This document shows, one piece after another, positions 19,932-28,382 of a stretch of DNA of 64,000 nucleotides. Numbering within the stretch: the stretch's first letter is position 1; each line of letters starts with the position of its first letter. The notes below the pieces were generated by a model. That model was given only the letters and a program-made list of their open reading frames with translations. It searched no databases and had not been told where the DNA came from. A program made the translations under genes and the position numbers. The stretch comes from Acidimicrobiaceae bacterium (lineage in GTDB: Bacteria > Actinomycetota > Acidimicrobiia > Acidimicrobiales > RAAP-2), in NCBI GenBank assembly GCA_003160115.1, contig PLQL01000034.1, positions 146,382-210,381 of the forward strand, given 5' to 3'.

Positions 19932-20975
19932 CTAGACGAACAGAGACCCCACGAATATCGTTAACAAGGCTACCGGGGGCCCAATCGTGACGAAGGTCCG
20001 TAGCGAAGGACGCGCACCCTCGGATCGCGCGAGGCGGAACCACAGCATGGACGACAGTGATCCGGTCACGAAGATGTTCGGGCCGAGATTCAGACCCAAA
20101 AGCAGTGCATACGGGTGGGCAATCGACTGACCTGAGAACAGTGACGCGGCCGGAAGATTGTTGATGACCAAGGACGTTCCCGCCCCTATCAGCGACGTGG
20201 CCAACGAGGACGTGTGAGCGACCAAGTGTCCTACCCGGTGCCAACTGCGCCCCAGCCAGCCCACCAGAACCGCCAACGCGAAGAGCGGACCCAGCAAGTA
20301 CGGGCTGGCGACCGCGAGCACTTCACGAACCCGCATCTTTCGCTTCACCAGCACTTCGTTTCCTGCGGCCACGACACCGATGACGAGTACCGGCAGCGCG
20401 GGATCCCTGAGCGCGAGCATGGCGGCAACCGATAGCAGCACCGCGAGCGCGCCAATCCCGAATCGAAATGACAATCCCGAGCTTGAACGCACCACGACGC
20501 CACCGCGAAACGAGCGCCAGCGCCACAGACCCACCACGGCGATCGTGATGACGACCGCACCGACCCAAGGCAACAGCATGTGTGAAGCGAATGTCGTTCC
20601 GGCCACTGAACGACTCGAGAAGACCAACAGATTGGTGAGATTCGAACCATAGAGCAACAGCGACGCCGAGTTCGTCATGAGGATGGTGCCGTAGAGAAAA
20701 GCATCCTGATCAGCCTTGGAGGAACGAGCGGCCTGCAGCGCGACGGGGGTCATGAACACGATGGCCGTGTCCAAATTAAGCGTCGCAGTCACGACCGCCA
20801 CCGCGAGCATCGTGACGACAAACACTCGCAGTGCTCCCCCGGGCGTTCTGGCAATAAGTCGACCAAGCCAATCAAAGAGGCCCTCACTCGCGGCGCTATG
20901 GCCCACCAGCAACAGGCCGATGACGAGAACGAACGGCTGCCACGAGTTCTCCAGAGACCGAAGGAAATGCTCCAC
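19932..20975 (-). CDS. ArsB/NhaD-type permease
   Basis: LNLDTA..TPV, NSASLLL.GSNLTNL, NNLPA, GLNLGPN...GSLS. Confidence 0.85.
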   Translation of the reverse strand: MEHFLRSLENSWQPFVLVIGLLLVGHSAASEGLFDWLGRLIARTPGGALRVFVVTMLAVAVVTATLNLDTAIVFMTPVALQAARSSKADQDAFLYGTILMTNSASLLLYGSNLTNLLVFSSRSVAGTTFASHMLLPWVGAVVITIAVVGLWRWRSFRGGVVVRSSSGLSFRFGIGALAVLLSVAAMLALRDPALPVLVIGVVAAGNEVLVKRKMRVREVLAVASPYLLGPLFALAVLVGWLGRSWHRVGHLVAHTSSLATSLIGAGTSLVINNLPAASLFSGQSIAHPYALLLGLNLGPNIFVTGSLSSMLWFRLARSEGARPSLRTFVTIGPPVALLTIFVGSLFV

Positions 20976-21099
20976 GAGTGAACCTTACGAGGCTTCGTGT
21001 CAAGATTCGCCGAAACGACGCTTCAAACACGTAGCGATGATGTCCGTCACATGATTCCTTGAAGGCCACTCGCGATCAAGGTGTGTCTTCGACCGCTGT

Positions 21100-21615
21100 T
21101 CAAGTCATGAGAAACGGAACGCCGTTCTTCGGGACCGGAGCGCGACGAAACTCGAACGGGGAGAACCCGTCTCTTCGCGCAACGAAGACCCGAGCCACGC
21201 CAGTGTGAGCGACCAAGAGACCGGTCCCGTCTCGTTGCAAAAGCTCATCCAAGGCGGCCGTCACACGCAGCCAGAACGCGCGTGGATCCTCGGCGCCGAA
21301 TTGGGACACCATCTCCTCGGTCGCTATGTCTCGATACGCCATCCCGCTCATCGCTCCCATGTTGTACTCCGCCACGCGATTCTCAACCTCAAGTTGGATA
21401 CCTCGATTCAGAAGGTCGCGAATGATCGCTGCGGTCTCATAGGCGCGAACCAGCGGCGACGTGACGATCCAAGAGATGTCACTCGGTAACTTTTCAATCG
21501 CTCGTCGCGCCTGTGCCTGTCCGTTCGCGGTCAACGGTGAGTCTTCGCCACCACCGGCATAAATACCACGCGCGTTCGCCTCACTCTCGCCGTGGCGCAG
21601 GAACCAAAGAGGCAC
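21100..21615 (-). CDS. Histidine phosphatase family protein
   Basis: LRHGES..N, SPL.RA.ETA, LVAH. Confidence 0.92.
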   Translation of the reverse strand: MPLWFLRHGESEANARGIYAGGGEDSPLTANGQAQARRAIEKLPSDISWIVTSPLVRAYETAAIIRDLLNRGIQLEVENRVAEYNMGAMSGMAYRDIATEEMVSQFGAEDPRAFWLRVTAALDELLQRDGTGLLVAHTGVARVFVARRDGFSPFEFRRAPVPKNGVPFLMT

Positions 21616-21906
21616 CCCTCGAGGCTATCGGGACACGCCATAGCGTCGATTCCAGCCGCGTTACGTCGCCGAAGCCGCACCATTCGATACCAGCTGTCGT
21701 GGTCGTCACGGTCGAGATTCACCTAATCCACCCAAGGACGGTCCAAGCCATGCCCTGTTGGCGCAGCGCTCTCGAGGAACCGGTGTCGTTGTTGCGCACT
21801 TCACCCGGTGCGAGGCATCAAGAAGATTATAGAACGAGACCTTGAAAACGTATTTCGACTGCCAGTATGTTGCATAAGTTGCCGAAAGAGCGAAGGGGAG
21901 TTACGC

Positions 21907-22518
21907 ATGACCGACACCGTTGAGGGCGTCGCACCAACGACATCCGCTGGTCCTTCGACTGAACGGCCGAAGATCCAGGTGGTACCCCTGAAGGGACTGC
22001 CCATAGCCGCGGCGGCCGTGGTGTTCGTCACCGTGGCAATCGCGGGAAACTGGCAGTGGGCATTGATGTTTTGCCACGTCGCTGGCGGCGGCTTGTGGAC
22101 TGGAATCGACCTCTTCGTGGGTCTGGTACTTGGACCGATTCTCGGTCGCCTTTCGATTCCTGCACGGGCGGAGTTTTCCGCGAGGTTTATGCCCAAGATG
22201 GTGATCATCATGCCCACCGTGGTCATGATGACCCTCGCCAGTGGCTTTCAAATCGCCAGAAAGCTGGGGAACCTCTACGCCACGAGCCCGAACCACCCTT
22301 GGCTCATCGCCTCATTCTGCGTCGTGGGCATCATGGCCGTCATCGCACTGGGCATCCTCGAGCCCGCCAACATCGCCGTCCTGTTCGAAATGAACAAGCC
22401 TGTTCCAAACGGCGAACTCATTGGTCGACTCATGAAGAGATTCATCTATACCGCCGGCATTACGGGCCTGATGCAGGTCGCAACCTTGATAATTATGACC
22501 CGGGTGGCTACGCAATGA
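21907..22518 (+). CDS. Membrane protein, CopD/DUF2269-like (HV..GG.W.G motif)
   Basis: ~5 TM; FCHVAGGGLWTGIDLFVG; GGGGAG RBS. Confidence 0.7.
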   Translation: MTDTVEGVAPTTSAGPSTERPKIQVVPLKGLPIAAAAVVFVTVAIAGNWQWALMFCHVAGGGLWTGIDLFVGLVLGPILGRLSIPARAEFSARFMPKMVIIMPTVVMMTLASGFQIARKLGNLYATSPNHPWLIASFCVVGIMAVIALGILEPANIAVLFEMNKPVPNGELIGRLMKRFIYTAGITGLMQVATLIIMTRVATQ

Positions 22519-22937
22519 GCATCGACCAGAATCACCCGGTCCACTCGAACGTGGACCGTCCCTACCCGCCCATTGCCTGGATGAGCACTGGAGCTCTGGC
22601 GTTGGTCATCGTCGGTGGCATCCTCACGGCGTCGTACGCCCCTCGAAAGGCACCCTTAGGTGTCGCGGCAGGATGTCTCGTCGCTGGAGCCATATTGCTC
22701 ACCTCGGCGGGAGTATCCATAGTTGGACTGAAGAACTTCTCGCGCAAGACCTTCATGAAAGTATTCAAGTGGGCCATCTTCGCCGACCTAATTACCGCTG
22801 CCATGATTGAGTTCGCTTTCGTTCGAGACCAGACGAGAGGTGCGTCGTTGTTCATCGTCACCTGCATGCTGGTGGTCTTCACCTTGAGCGTGCCGACAAC
22901 CATCGCCTTTACCGTGGCTCGTTTCGCCGACGATTGA
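22515..22937 (+). CDS. Hypothetical 4-TM membrane protein
   Basis: ATGA overlap with upstream gene; four hydrophobic segments. Confidence 0.75.
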   Translation: MSIDQNHPVHSNVDRPYPPIAWMSTGALALVIVGGILTASYAPRKAPLGVAAGCLVAGAILLTSAGVSIVGLKNFSRKTFMKVFKWAIFADLITAAMIEFAFVRDQTRGASLFIVTCMLVVFTLSVPTTIAFTVARFADD

Positions 22938-23140
22938 AATCGCACGTTCGCGAGACATCCCAGATTCAGGCAAAGGGTCGCAATCAACGAGAGTGGTTCG
23001 AATCCGCGAGCGCTGAGTTACGCGTCATCAGCGCATGCCGTGCCGGCGTCGCTCGGGTCCACGAAACCATATCGTGTTCATCTTGATGGCCTGCCGTCAA
23101 CGCATCGTGACTCGAAGGACGGCTATGGCGTCCTACTCCG

Positions 23141-23431
23141 TTATTTGCCCGCACGTTCGCGGTGCGTGCATCCTGGCCAGCAACATGGACGCCGTTGACC
23201 ATCCTCGAGTTCTTCACGCGTACGGCGAATCCGTCGTTCCCTTGTCTTGAGTTGCTTGGCATCTTCAACCCAGCAAATGAATTCGTTGCGGGCCAGCGGA
23301 GTGATGTCCTTCCACGCACCTAAAGCTGACTGGCTCTTCTCAAGTGAAGATCGAAGATCGCTCGGAAGCTTGTGCACCGTTCCGCCCGGCAATCTATTCG
23401 TGCTCACGAATGGAATTATATAAATCTGCAC
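23141..23431 (-). CDS. YdeI/OmpD-associated family protein
   Basis: LP.DL, W.DITPLARNEFICWV.DAK...TR.RRI.R, RRPCCWPGC.HR; true start probably a few codons in. Confidence 0.88.
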   Translation of the reverse strand: MQIYIIPFVSTNRLPGGTVHKLPSDLRSSLEKSQSALGAWKDITPLARNEFICWVEDAKQLKTRERRIRRTREELEDGQRRPCCWPGCTHRERAGK

Positions 23432-23550
23432 GTCCTTGGCAAAAGATCAGCTTTCTTAGGCGAGACGCTGTGAATCAAGAACTCGCATCTCCTGCGATGT
23501 ACCTAGTGGGACCTCGTCACTCAACCCACCGGCTCTTCACCACGTGGCGC

Positions 23551-24024
23551 TCAAGTGAGATCTTTTTTCATTCCAATTGCCAAAACGCCATAGCCCATTG
23601 ACTCGTACAACCTTCTCGCAACCGTATTGGGCCCAAAGACATTCAGCGCGAGCCTCGTGCCACCCTCGCTTCTCACGTACTCCTCCGCCGCCTGCATCGT
23701 GCTTCGCCCGAGGCCCTTGCCGCGGTGCTCTGGGTCAATCACGATGTCGTAGATGAACCACTCGCCAGAATTCCCTTCATTCCCTTCTTCTCGCATTGCG
23801 AGCCACAGACTCCCGATGGCGACGTCGTCGTCTAGCACGTCAAAGATGCGTTGACTGTCGTTCGGTATATCGTTATCGAATAGGGTCTTCTTGTTTCTTT
23901 CGATGTTCTGTTTCGCCTCCTTAGGAGTGAAACCCGCGCCCACTAACTCATCGGCGTAATGCGACCACATCGCCACGAGCCAAGCGGCCGTATCAGTTGG
24001 CGACTTCGTTTGAAGACGTATCAC
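23551..24024 (-). CDS. GNAT acetyltransferase
   Basis: IG.LW, FIYDI.I..HRGKGLG, LNVFG.N..ARRLY. Confidence 0.92.
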   Translation of the reverse strand: MIRLQTKSPTDTAAWLVAMWSHYADELVGAGFTPKEAKQNIERNKKTLFDNDIPNDSQRIFDVLDDDVAIGSLWLAMREEGNEGNSGEWFIYDIVIDPEHRGKGLGRSTMQAAEEYVRSEGGTRLALNVFGPNTVARRLYESMGYGVLAIGMKKDLT

Positions 24025-24266
24025 TCCCCAACTCTATAGAACGAATTGAAGCCTTTACCAGTGGATCACAAGTAGGGAGGCTACGGCGATCGCGCAATCA
24101 CATCTCGGGAGCCAGCGGTCGGCGCCCTTCCCTGGCGAGCGGCCGCACCAACATGATCAGGCAAGAGTCGTCGAGTCTCAGTTATCGAACGAGAGACGTG
24201 GAACCCTCATCGTCGGATTCGAGTTGGAATAGTGGGCACGACAGACGTTGCTGCCGCTCCTGCGCG

Positions 24267-24476
24267 CTAGAACAAGGTATGGCTACTCCTTCTGCGCCCG
24301 AACAACCAGTAGGCAATTGATCCAGTAAGATTTGCACTGGCAATCCACCAGAGCCACTTAGGACCGAGGACTTCATCGCGGGGGCGGCGCCGAAGATCTC
24401 GCCACATGAAAGGCGTGAAGATCAACCACGCGAACAGCGCTCCCGCAACAATCCGATACGTTGAGCCCGTCTTCAC
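24267..24476 (-). CDS. Small membrane protein (PLDc N-terminal-like)
   Basis: WRDL.RRP...V.GPKW.W...N..GS.AYWLFGRR. Confidence 0.75.
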   Translation of the reverse strand: MKTGSTYRIVAGALFAWLIFTPFMWRDLRRRPRDEVLGPKWLWWIASANLTGSIAYWLFGRRRSSHTLF

Positions 24477-24543
24477 ACCTCAAGTATGCCACCGCGCGAC
24501 CACAGCACTTTCGGCACGTGAACTGGTCACCCTTCGATGGAAT

Positions 24544-24586
24544 ACCTGTACACATTTGTCTACAAATCTATGACGAGATGACTGCG
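24544..24586. repeat. hicB 3'-flank element, copy A (diverged)
   Basis: ACCTGTACACATTTGTCTAC..ATGACGAGATGACTGCG resembles copies B and C. Confidence 0.6.
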
Positions 24587-24588
24587 TC

Positions 24589-24807
24589 CTACGAGGCGAC
24601 CTGCACGACTGCCACTTGTGCGGACGGGGGCGGGACGGATTCGCCGTGCTCACGCATTACCTCAATGTGCGTTTCGATAGCGTCGGCGATGTTCGCCTTG
24701 ACTTCCTCAATCGTCTTGCCCGTCGACACGCATCCATCGAGGTCGGGAACCCACGCTCCGTAGTTATTCGGAGAACGTTCGATAACGACTGCGTATTCGA
24801 TCATCAC
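24589..24807 (-). CDS. hicB: HicB antitoxin, short form (module A)
   Basis: YAVVIE..NNYGAWVPDLDGC.STG.T.EE...I..AI..HIE...GE.VP. Confidence 0.92.
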   Translation of the reverse strand: MMIEYAVVIERSPNNYGAWVPDLDGCVSTGKTIEEVKANIADAIETHIEVMREHGESVPPPSAQVAVVQVAS

Positions 24808-24998
24808 CTTCTCCGCTCTATTCCTGCCTGCCTCATAAAGCTACCGAGAAGTTCTCGGCGCAGATCGTCTGCCATCGCACCAGGCACCGTGACTGTGCCG
24901 GGCTTCGTCGGATGGTGATAGCGACGATGACTCCCTCTGTGCCGAACCTGTACCCAGCCGTCGCGCTCAAGTTCCTTGATGATCTCTCGAACTTTCAC
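24804..24998 (-). CDS. hicA: HicA toxin (module A)
   Basis: MKVREIIKELERDGW..VR.RGSHR.Y.HPTKPG.VTVPG...RQAG; overlaps hicB start. Confidence 0.92.
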   Translation of the reverse strand: MKVREIIKELERDGWVQVRHRGSHRRYHHPTKPGTVTVPGAMADDLRRELLGSFMRQAGIERRR

Positions 24999-25082
24999 AT
25001 CTAACAACGGTTGCGACGGTTTCGAAATAGACGCGGGAAAGGAGAAGGAATCCTTGACTAACGATCTTCTAGGAAAAAACGG

Positions 25083-25122
25083 TAAACATTTGTCTATCGA
25101 CCGATGATAAAAGTGACTTCGC
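25083..25122. repeat. hicB 3'-flank element, copy B
   Basis: TAAACATTTGTCTATCGACCGATGATAAAAGTGACTTCGC; 34/40 identical to copy C. Confidence 0.8.
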
Positions 25123-25128
25123 TCCCAC

Positions 25129-25344
25129 CTACAAAGCCACCCGGACCGTGGCGACACGGGTGCTTGGCGACGGAACCTCTTCTCCGTGCAATCGCATTCC
25201 CTCAATGTGAAACTCAACCGCTTCACGCATGAGTTCTTCGAGTTCTTCAATGGTGTCAGCTGCCCCGACACATCCTGGAAGGTCAGGGACCATCGCTGCG
25301 TAGTTATTTCCGGCCTCTTCAATGATTATCGCGTACTCAGCCAT
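25129..25344 (-). CDS. hicB: HicB antitoxin, short form (module B)
   Basis: MAEYAIIIEEAGNNYAAMVPDLPGC...MREAVEFHIEG...GEEVP; TAATG coupling. Confidence 0.92.
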   Translation of the reverse strand: MAEYAIIIEEAGNNYAAMVPDLPGCVGAADTIEELEELMREAVEFHIEGMRLHGEEVPSPSTRVATVRVAL

Positions 25345-25544
25345 TAACGTCTCCTCGCTATTCCAGCTTGGCGGAAAATGCATATTCCAATGACGATCGG
25401 AATATCTTTACTTGGCTTACCAGATACCGTCACTGTACCGGGTTTGACGGGGTGATGGAATTGCCGATGACTCCCCGTGGTTCGAACATGAACCCAGCCG
25501 TCTTCTTCGTTTATTCGGATAATGTCGCGCACTGTCACGACCAC
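25344..25544 (-). CDS. hicA: HicA toxin (module B)
   Basis: EDGW..VRTTGSHRQFHHP.KPGTVTV.G...RQAG; C-terminal helix looks diverged. Confidence 0.88.
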   Translation of the reverse strand: MVVTVRDIIRINEEDGWVHVRTTGSHRQFHHPVKPGTVTVSGKPSKDIPIVIGICIFRQAGIARRR

Positions 25545-25644
25545 CTAGCGGTCTCACGGTCGTTAACTTTCTAACGAGAAGTGACGCGAATCTTTCTATG
25601 GAGGCCTCTTGAAATATGTTTCATGTCAACGGACTTAGGGGATT

Positions 25645-26175
25645 ATGGACTGGAGGTACTGGGCACCATACAATTCTTCTGTGGACTTATTTCGTTTGCA
25701 GCCCAACACATTCGCTTCACAAACAACGAGACTCGACTTGCAGTCAGTCTGGGACGTTTCCTCGAATCCATTCCTACTTCCGCGCTTCTCGAGTGAGCTT
25801 CAGGAAGTTCGAATCCTTGATGATGTCCCTTTGGGACTTGGATCAAGCTTCGAAGGAGATCAACTCCGTGGTGAAAGAAGATGGACAACCACATCGATAA
25901 TCACCGGGTTCGAGCGACTCAAGTTTTTTGAATGGACGGTTGGTGGATTGGAAAATCCAGTCTCCAAATGGAGCTTCTTGCTCGATGGCAATTCTTCTGA
26001 CACCACTCTGACTCACAAAGTAACGCTTCTGGGTGGACCTTCTCCAATGAGTGACTACATCACTGCGAACCCAAACGAAGCCGACGAAGTGATCCAGGAA
26101 AGACTGCATGAGCTCAAAAAGCGAATGTCGGTCACCGTAGCGGGCCTCATTGAAATTGCTGAATCTCTCGAGTGA
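25645..26175 (+). CDS. SRPBCC family protein
   Basis: VW...S....LP.FS.ELQ, G..F.G...RGE..W.T, F.W.VG, W.F.L; start uncertain. Confidence 0.75.
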   Translation: MDWRYWAPYNSSVDLFRLQPNTFASQTTRLDLQSVWDVSSNPFLLPRFSSELQEVRILDDVPLGLGSSFEGDQLRGERRWTTTSIITGFERLKFFEWTVGGLENPVSKWSFLLDGNSSDTTLTHKVTLLGGPSPMSDYITANPNEADEVIQERLHELKKRMSVTVAGLIEIAESLE

Positions 26176-26236
26176 CTGAAAACGGAATCAAGGCTTCCCG
26201 GTGAAGTCGGCTTGCGTGGATTCCAAATCGAACCTA

Positions 26237-26276
26237 TAGACGTTTGTCTATCGCTGGATGATAAAAGTGAATTCGC
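26237..26276. repeat. hicB 3'-flank element, copy C
   Basis: TAGACGTTTGTCTATCGCTGGATGATAAAAGTGAATTCGC; perfect ATAGAC-N4-GTCTAT palindrome at its left end. Confidence 0.8.
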
Positions 26277-26281
26277 CCGCT

Positions 26282-26497
26282 TTACGGAGCGACCTGAATT
26301 GTCTTGACAATCGGCATCGGTTGGAGAAACTGATTGCCACTGAGTCGCATACCTTCGAGATGAAACGGGATCGCCTCACGCATGTTCTCAATTATCTCAT
26401 CAACGGTTTTCCCGGTGGTAATGACTCCGTCTAGTCCAATCACGTACGCCGCAAAGTTCGTCCCAGCGTCTTCAATTACGATCGTATATTCGGTCAT
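26282..26497 (-). CDS. hicB: HicB antitoxin, short form (module C)
   Basis: MTEYTIVIEDAGTNFAAYV..L.G..TTGKT.DE...MREAI.FHLEG. Confidence 0.9.
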   Translation of the reverse strand: MTEYTIVIEDAGTNFAAYVIGLDGVITTGKTVDEIIENMREAIPFHLEGMRLSGNQFLQPMPIVKTIQVAP

Positions 26498-26691
26498 TGC
26501 TTTCGCCCCCTTAAACCGGCTTGTCTCATGATGCTAGCGAGAGTGCCCTTCGGAACTTCGTCAGACATGTGACCAGGCACGGTCACGCAACCAACCTTCG
26601 TTGGGTGATGAAATTGACGGTGACTTCCACGCTGACGACTCAGGAACCATCCATCGGATTCAATCTCCTTGATGATCTCTCTCACTTTCAC
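26494..26691 (-). CDS. hicA: HicA toxin (module C)
   Basis: MKVREIIKEIESDGW...RQRGSHRQFHHPTK.G.VTVPGH..D...GTL.SI.RQAG. Confidence 0.95.
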   Translation of the reverse strand: MKVREIIKEIESDGWFLSRQRGSHRQFHHPTKVGCVTVPGHMSDEVPKGTLASIMRQAGLRGRKQ

Positions 26692-26833
26692 AACCTCACA
26701 ACGGTCGCTGACGGGTCAATGTGTTGCTGACTCAAATCCTGCGTAACGGACATCCGACCTAAGCAATTATTGGGGGGTAGTTCGCCACGTCGCTCAATCA
26801 ATCTGTTCGTTCAATGACAGATAGCGTTAAGCG

Positions 26834-27184
26834 ATGGGAAGTTCGCCGATTCGTGCTGTGATGTTCTTCGCCAGCGATCCAGAGATCGTTGCGACTTGGT
26901 GGGCTTCTAACCTTGGAGAGGATGCTCCAGTTATCAGGGACGGTGAGTTTCGATACTTCATTGTGGGCGGGATAGAGTTCTGTTTTCACCCAGCGGATGA
27001 CCGCAATCCCATTGGCGCGAGTCCAGTCGTCTAACTCTCAGTCGCCAACTTTGAGCAGACTCGAACCCATCTTCTCGAGCTCGGCTGTGCGATGCACCGT
27101 GGACCCGTGGCCATTGACCGCTCTCGGTGGATCTGCCAATTGATTGACCCGTTTGGTAACACCTTCGGCCTTGACGGATCCTAA
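26834..27184 (+). pseudogene. VOC/glyoxalase protein interrupted by in-frame TAA at 27032-27034
   Basis: FHPAD.RNP.GASPVV*LSVANFE..LL.LG...HRGP...ICQLIDPFGNTFGLDGS continues in frame to TAA 27182-27184. Confidence 0.82.
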
Positions 27185-27214
27185 GACCATCCCACTTGCC
27201 AACTGACTATTTGG

Positions 27215-27673
27215 TTACCGAGATTCGTCGGCGTTGAGGGTTTCTAACGAGAACCGATACACATTCGTCTCGCGAACCGCAAAGCCAAGTCGTAGATACA
27301 GGGCATTGGCGGCCTCACGCGAAGGTCGGCTCGTGAGGTCAAGCGTCTTCGCACCGCGAGCCCTTGCCAATCCGAACGCGTGAGTACAAAGCGCCTCACC
27401 GACACCAGTTCCCCTCGCCGTCTCATCGACGACGACATCTTCAATCCACGCCCGCATTCCCGTCGGAAGGGGGAAGATAACCAGCGTCAAGGTTCCCACC
27501 ACCCGTCCCGCGTCACTCGCCACAAGAAGCGAGACCGTCTCATTGGCTAACAACGCCTCAAGGTCCGCACTCGTCAACGGTCGAGCGGTGCTCGATAGTT
27601 GCGGCAGAAGATTGTTGAGCCCCTCGAGAAGTTCTGGCGACGACGCGCCCGCCACTTCAACGGTGGCGGTCAC
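27215..27673 (-). CDS. GNAT acetyltransferase
   Basis: LLPQLS, AWIEDVVVD..RG.GVG, DLTSRPSREAAN.LY..LGF..RETNVYR. Confidence 0.93.
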   Translation of the reverse strand: MTATVEVAGASSPELLEGLNNLLPQLSSTARPLTSADLEALLANETVSLLVASDAGRVVGTLTLVIFPLPTGMRAWIEDVVVDETARGTGVGEALCTHAFGLARARGAKTLDLTSRPSREAANALYLRLGFAVRETNVYRFSLETLNADESR

Positions 27674-28359
27674 TCGTCACCTCGCCACACCGGCTTACGA
27701 AGGTCGTCGTAGAAGACGTCACGATTGTCACCGTCGATGGCGGCGAAAATGAAGTCCGCCCAACGCTCGGCGCCGAGCGTGGGTGACGGCAGGTTCTCGC
27801 GGGTGAACCACCCCGCGTCGGTACATTCGAGCGGGTGAAGCTTCATCGACCCTCCCACAGCTCGACAGAGAAACAGGAGCGAATAGAGAGGAATCCGCGA
27901 CGCTCCCAGTCGCATGCCATCGAGTACGCCGATAAGTCGAACGGGTTCGACCTCGAAGCCAGTCTCTTCGAGGACTTCCTTCACGACCACTTCGGGCGCG
28001 GAGTAGCCGACGTCGCACCAACCGGTCGGATAGAGCCAGAGACCCGAGTCCGCGCGTTGGATCAGTAACAATTCGCCCTTCTCGTTGGCGACCGCCGCCC
28101 CCACGGCGACTTTGGGTGTCGCATAGCCTGGTACGCCGCGACCGACGTCGCGCATCCATTCGCTGACGTAACCTTCGGCGTCAGTGACGCCCTCGGTACC
28201 ATCATCGGCAGCAACCTTGATATCACCGGCGACCTTGAGGACCTCTTCGTAGCGTTCGCGCTCGAACTGGCTCTCGGTGAAACCGATCCCCGTCTTGGCG
28301 ATGCCGGCGAGCGCCTCGGCCCAGCGCAGCAGAGTCTTCTGCGAGATAGGTTGACTCAC
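27670..28359 (-). CDS. NUDIX hydrolase with N-terminal NUDIX_N domain
   Basis: L..IA.TG..F...FE.ERYE, GY.TPKV, GW.DVG...KEV.EETG. Confidence 0.92.
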   Translation of the reverse strand: MSQPISQKTLLRWAEALAGIAKTGIGFTESQFERERYEEVLKVAGDIKVAADDGTEGVTDAEGYVSEWMRDVGRGVPGYATPKVAVGAAVANEKGELLLIQRADSGLWLYPTGWCDVGYSAPEVVVKEVLEETGFEVEPVRLIGVLDGMRLGASRIPLYSLLFLCRAVGGSMKLHPLECTDAGWFTRENLPSPTLGAERWADFIFAAIDGDNRDVFYDDLRKPVWRGDE

Positions 28360-28382
28360 GTAATCGACGCTACCAACATCGA

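Noticed and set aside
22990-23015. GGTTCGAATCC T-loop-like string as a tRNA fragment or att site
   Set aside because: No acceptor or anticodon arm, and flanks match neither tRNA-Thr 3' end
24804-25322. 172-aa extended HicA from the ORF track
   Set aside because: The extension crosses the spacer and hicB in another frame; GTG 24998 matches the other HicA starts
11770-27184. Genome-wide TAA-to-Tyr recoding
   Set aside because: groEL, mscL, rlmB and others end in TAA at the expected length, so TAA is a normal stop
1-27200. Integron attC array, IS element or prophage
   Set aside because: No integrase, transposase or phage gene, and no recurring RYYYAAC...GTTRRRY hairpins seen by eye
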